DNA of 64,000 nucleotides, from contig CAYZNY010000006.1 in the NCBI GenBank assembly GCA_964480265.1, positions 1,219-65,218 on the forward strand, given 5' to 3'. A program made the translations under genes and the position numbers. The notes under the pieces were generated by a model. The model had not been told where the DNA came from and did not search any database. It saw only the letters and a list, made by a program, of their open reading frames with translations. Source of the stretch: an uncultured Candidatus Saccharibacteria bacterium (GTDB taxonomy: Bacteria; Patescibacteriota; Saccharimonadia; Saccharimonadales; Saccharimonadaceae). Below are positions 63,788 to 64,000 of the stretch, in pieces. How positions within the stretch are numbered: position 1 is the stretch's first letter; each line of letters starts with the position of its first letter.

Positions 63788-64000
63788 TCACTTTCTAGGT
63801 GTAGAAATATTTGCTGGCCGACCATAATCTGGCAAAATAATCTTATGTTTCTCGCCATGTTGGTCGTATAACGGAATTTGTAATTGATCTGCCAATGTAT
63901 TCACAATTGTTGCGCCAATCCGAAGCCCAGTGAACGATCCTGGGCCAGCAAAATAATGAATTTCTGTAATATCCTTCCAATCCGCACCATTCTCCTGCAA
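63788..64000 (-). CDS. tsaB: tRNA threonylcarbamoyladenosine biosynthesis protein TsaB (3' part; the N-terminus lies beyond the window)
   Basis: It has the FAGPGSFTGLRIG motif of YeaZ/TsaB. Confidence 0.8.
   Translation of the reverse strand: MQENGADWKDITEIHYFAGPGSFTGLRIGATIVNTLADQLQIPLYDQHGEKHKIILPDYGRPANISTPRK

Noticed and set aside
1-64000. A CRISPR array, rRNA genes, or an alternative genetic code (UGA recoding).
   Set aside because: No regularly spaced direct repeats and no rRNA-like conserved stretches were seen. Long ORFs close on TAA, TAG and TGA (for example the TGA stop of orn in an ATGA overlap), which is consistent with the standard bacterial code.

Overview
The window looks like a piece of a small, streamlined Gram-positive-type genome. 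It is probably a CPR/Patescibacteria (Saccharibacteria-like) bacterium. That placement is inferred from gene content only: type IV pseudopilins, an LPXTG protein, many bitopic or unknown envelope proteins, and tight gene coupling. Most genes are on the minus strand.

Layout, left to right:
- 1-2150: a decayed island at tRNA-Leu, with a restriction-modification pair and a serine-recombinase remnant.
- 2191-7501 and 10323-13731: two pilus-related operons. A 2.8-kb insert separates them. It holds a transglutaminase-like gene, two start-less lectin-type gene cassettes and a convergent pair of paralogous structured ncRNAs of about 260 nt.
- 13774-14350: an FtsB/DivIC-like gene and tRNA-Met.
- 14574-25899: a block of large unknown envelope proteins, including a 1354-aa polytopic protein and an LPNTG protein.
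- 26099-27182: three more lectin-type cassettes around tRNA-Ser.
- 28483-34238: tRNA-Gly, then an AT-rich integrative element of about 5.6 kb. Its large serine recombinase gene reads into tRNA-His.
- 34288-64000: housekeeping genes (tpiA, tyrS, a PBP1A-type protein, a two-ORF phosphoketolase, mscL, orn, argS, pyrG, rny, a folC-like gene, tsaB), a GT2/ATP-grasp operon and an orphan radical-SAM/SPASM gene.

The items I would follow up first:
1. The five start-less cassettes with conserved flanks and hypervariable cores.
2. The ncRNA pair.
3. The serine recombinase ORFs that read into tRNA genes.
4. The widespread leaderless promoter architecture.
5. Two promoter / nested-helix RNA / terminator leaders.

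No CRISPR array, rRNA gene or reverse transcriptase was seen. All calls were made by eye from the sequence and the ORF track. No searches or folding programs were run.
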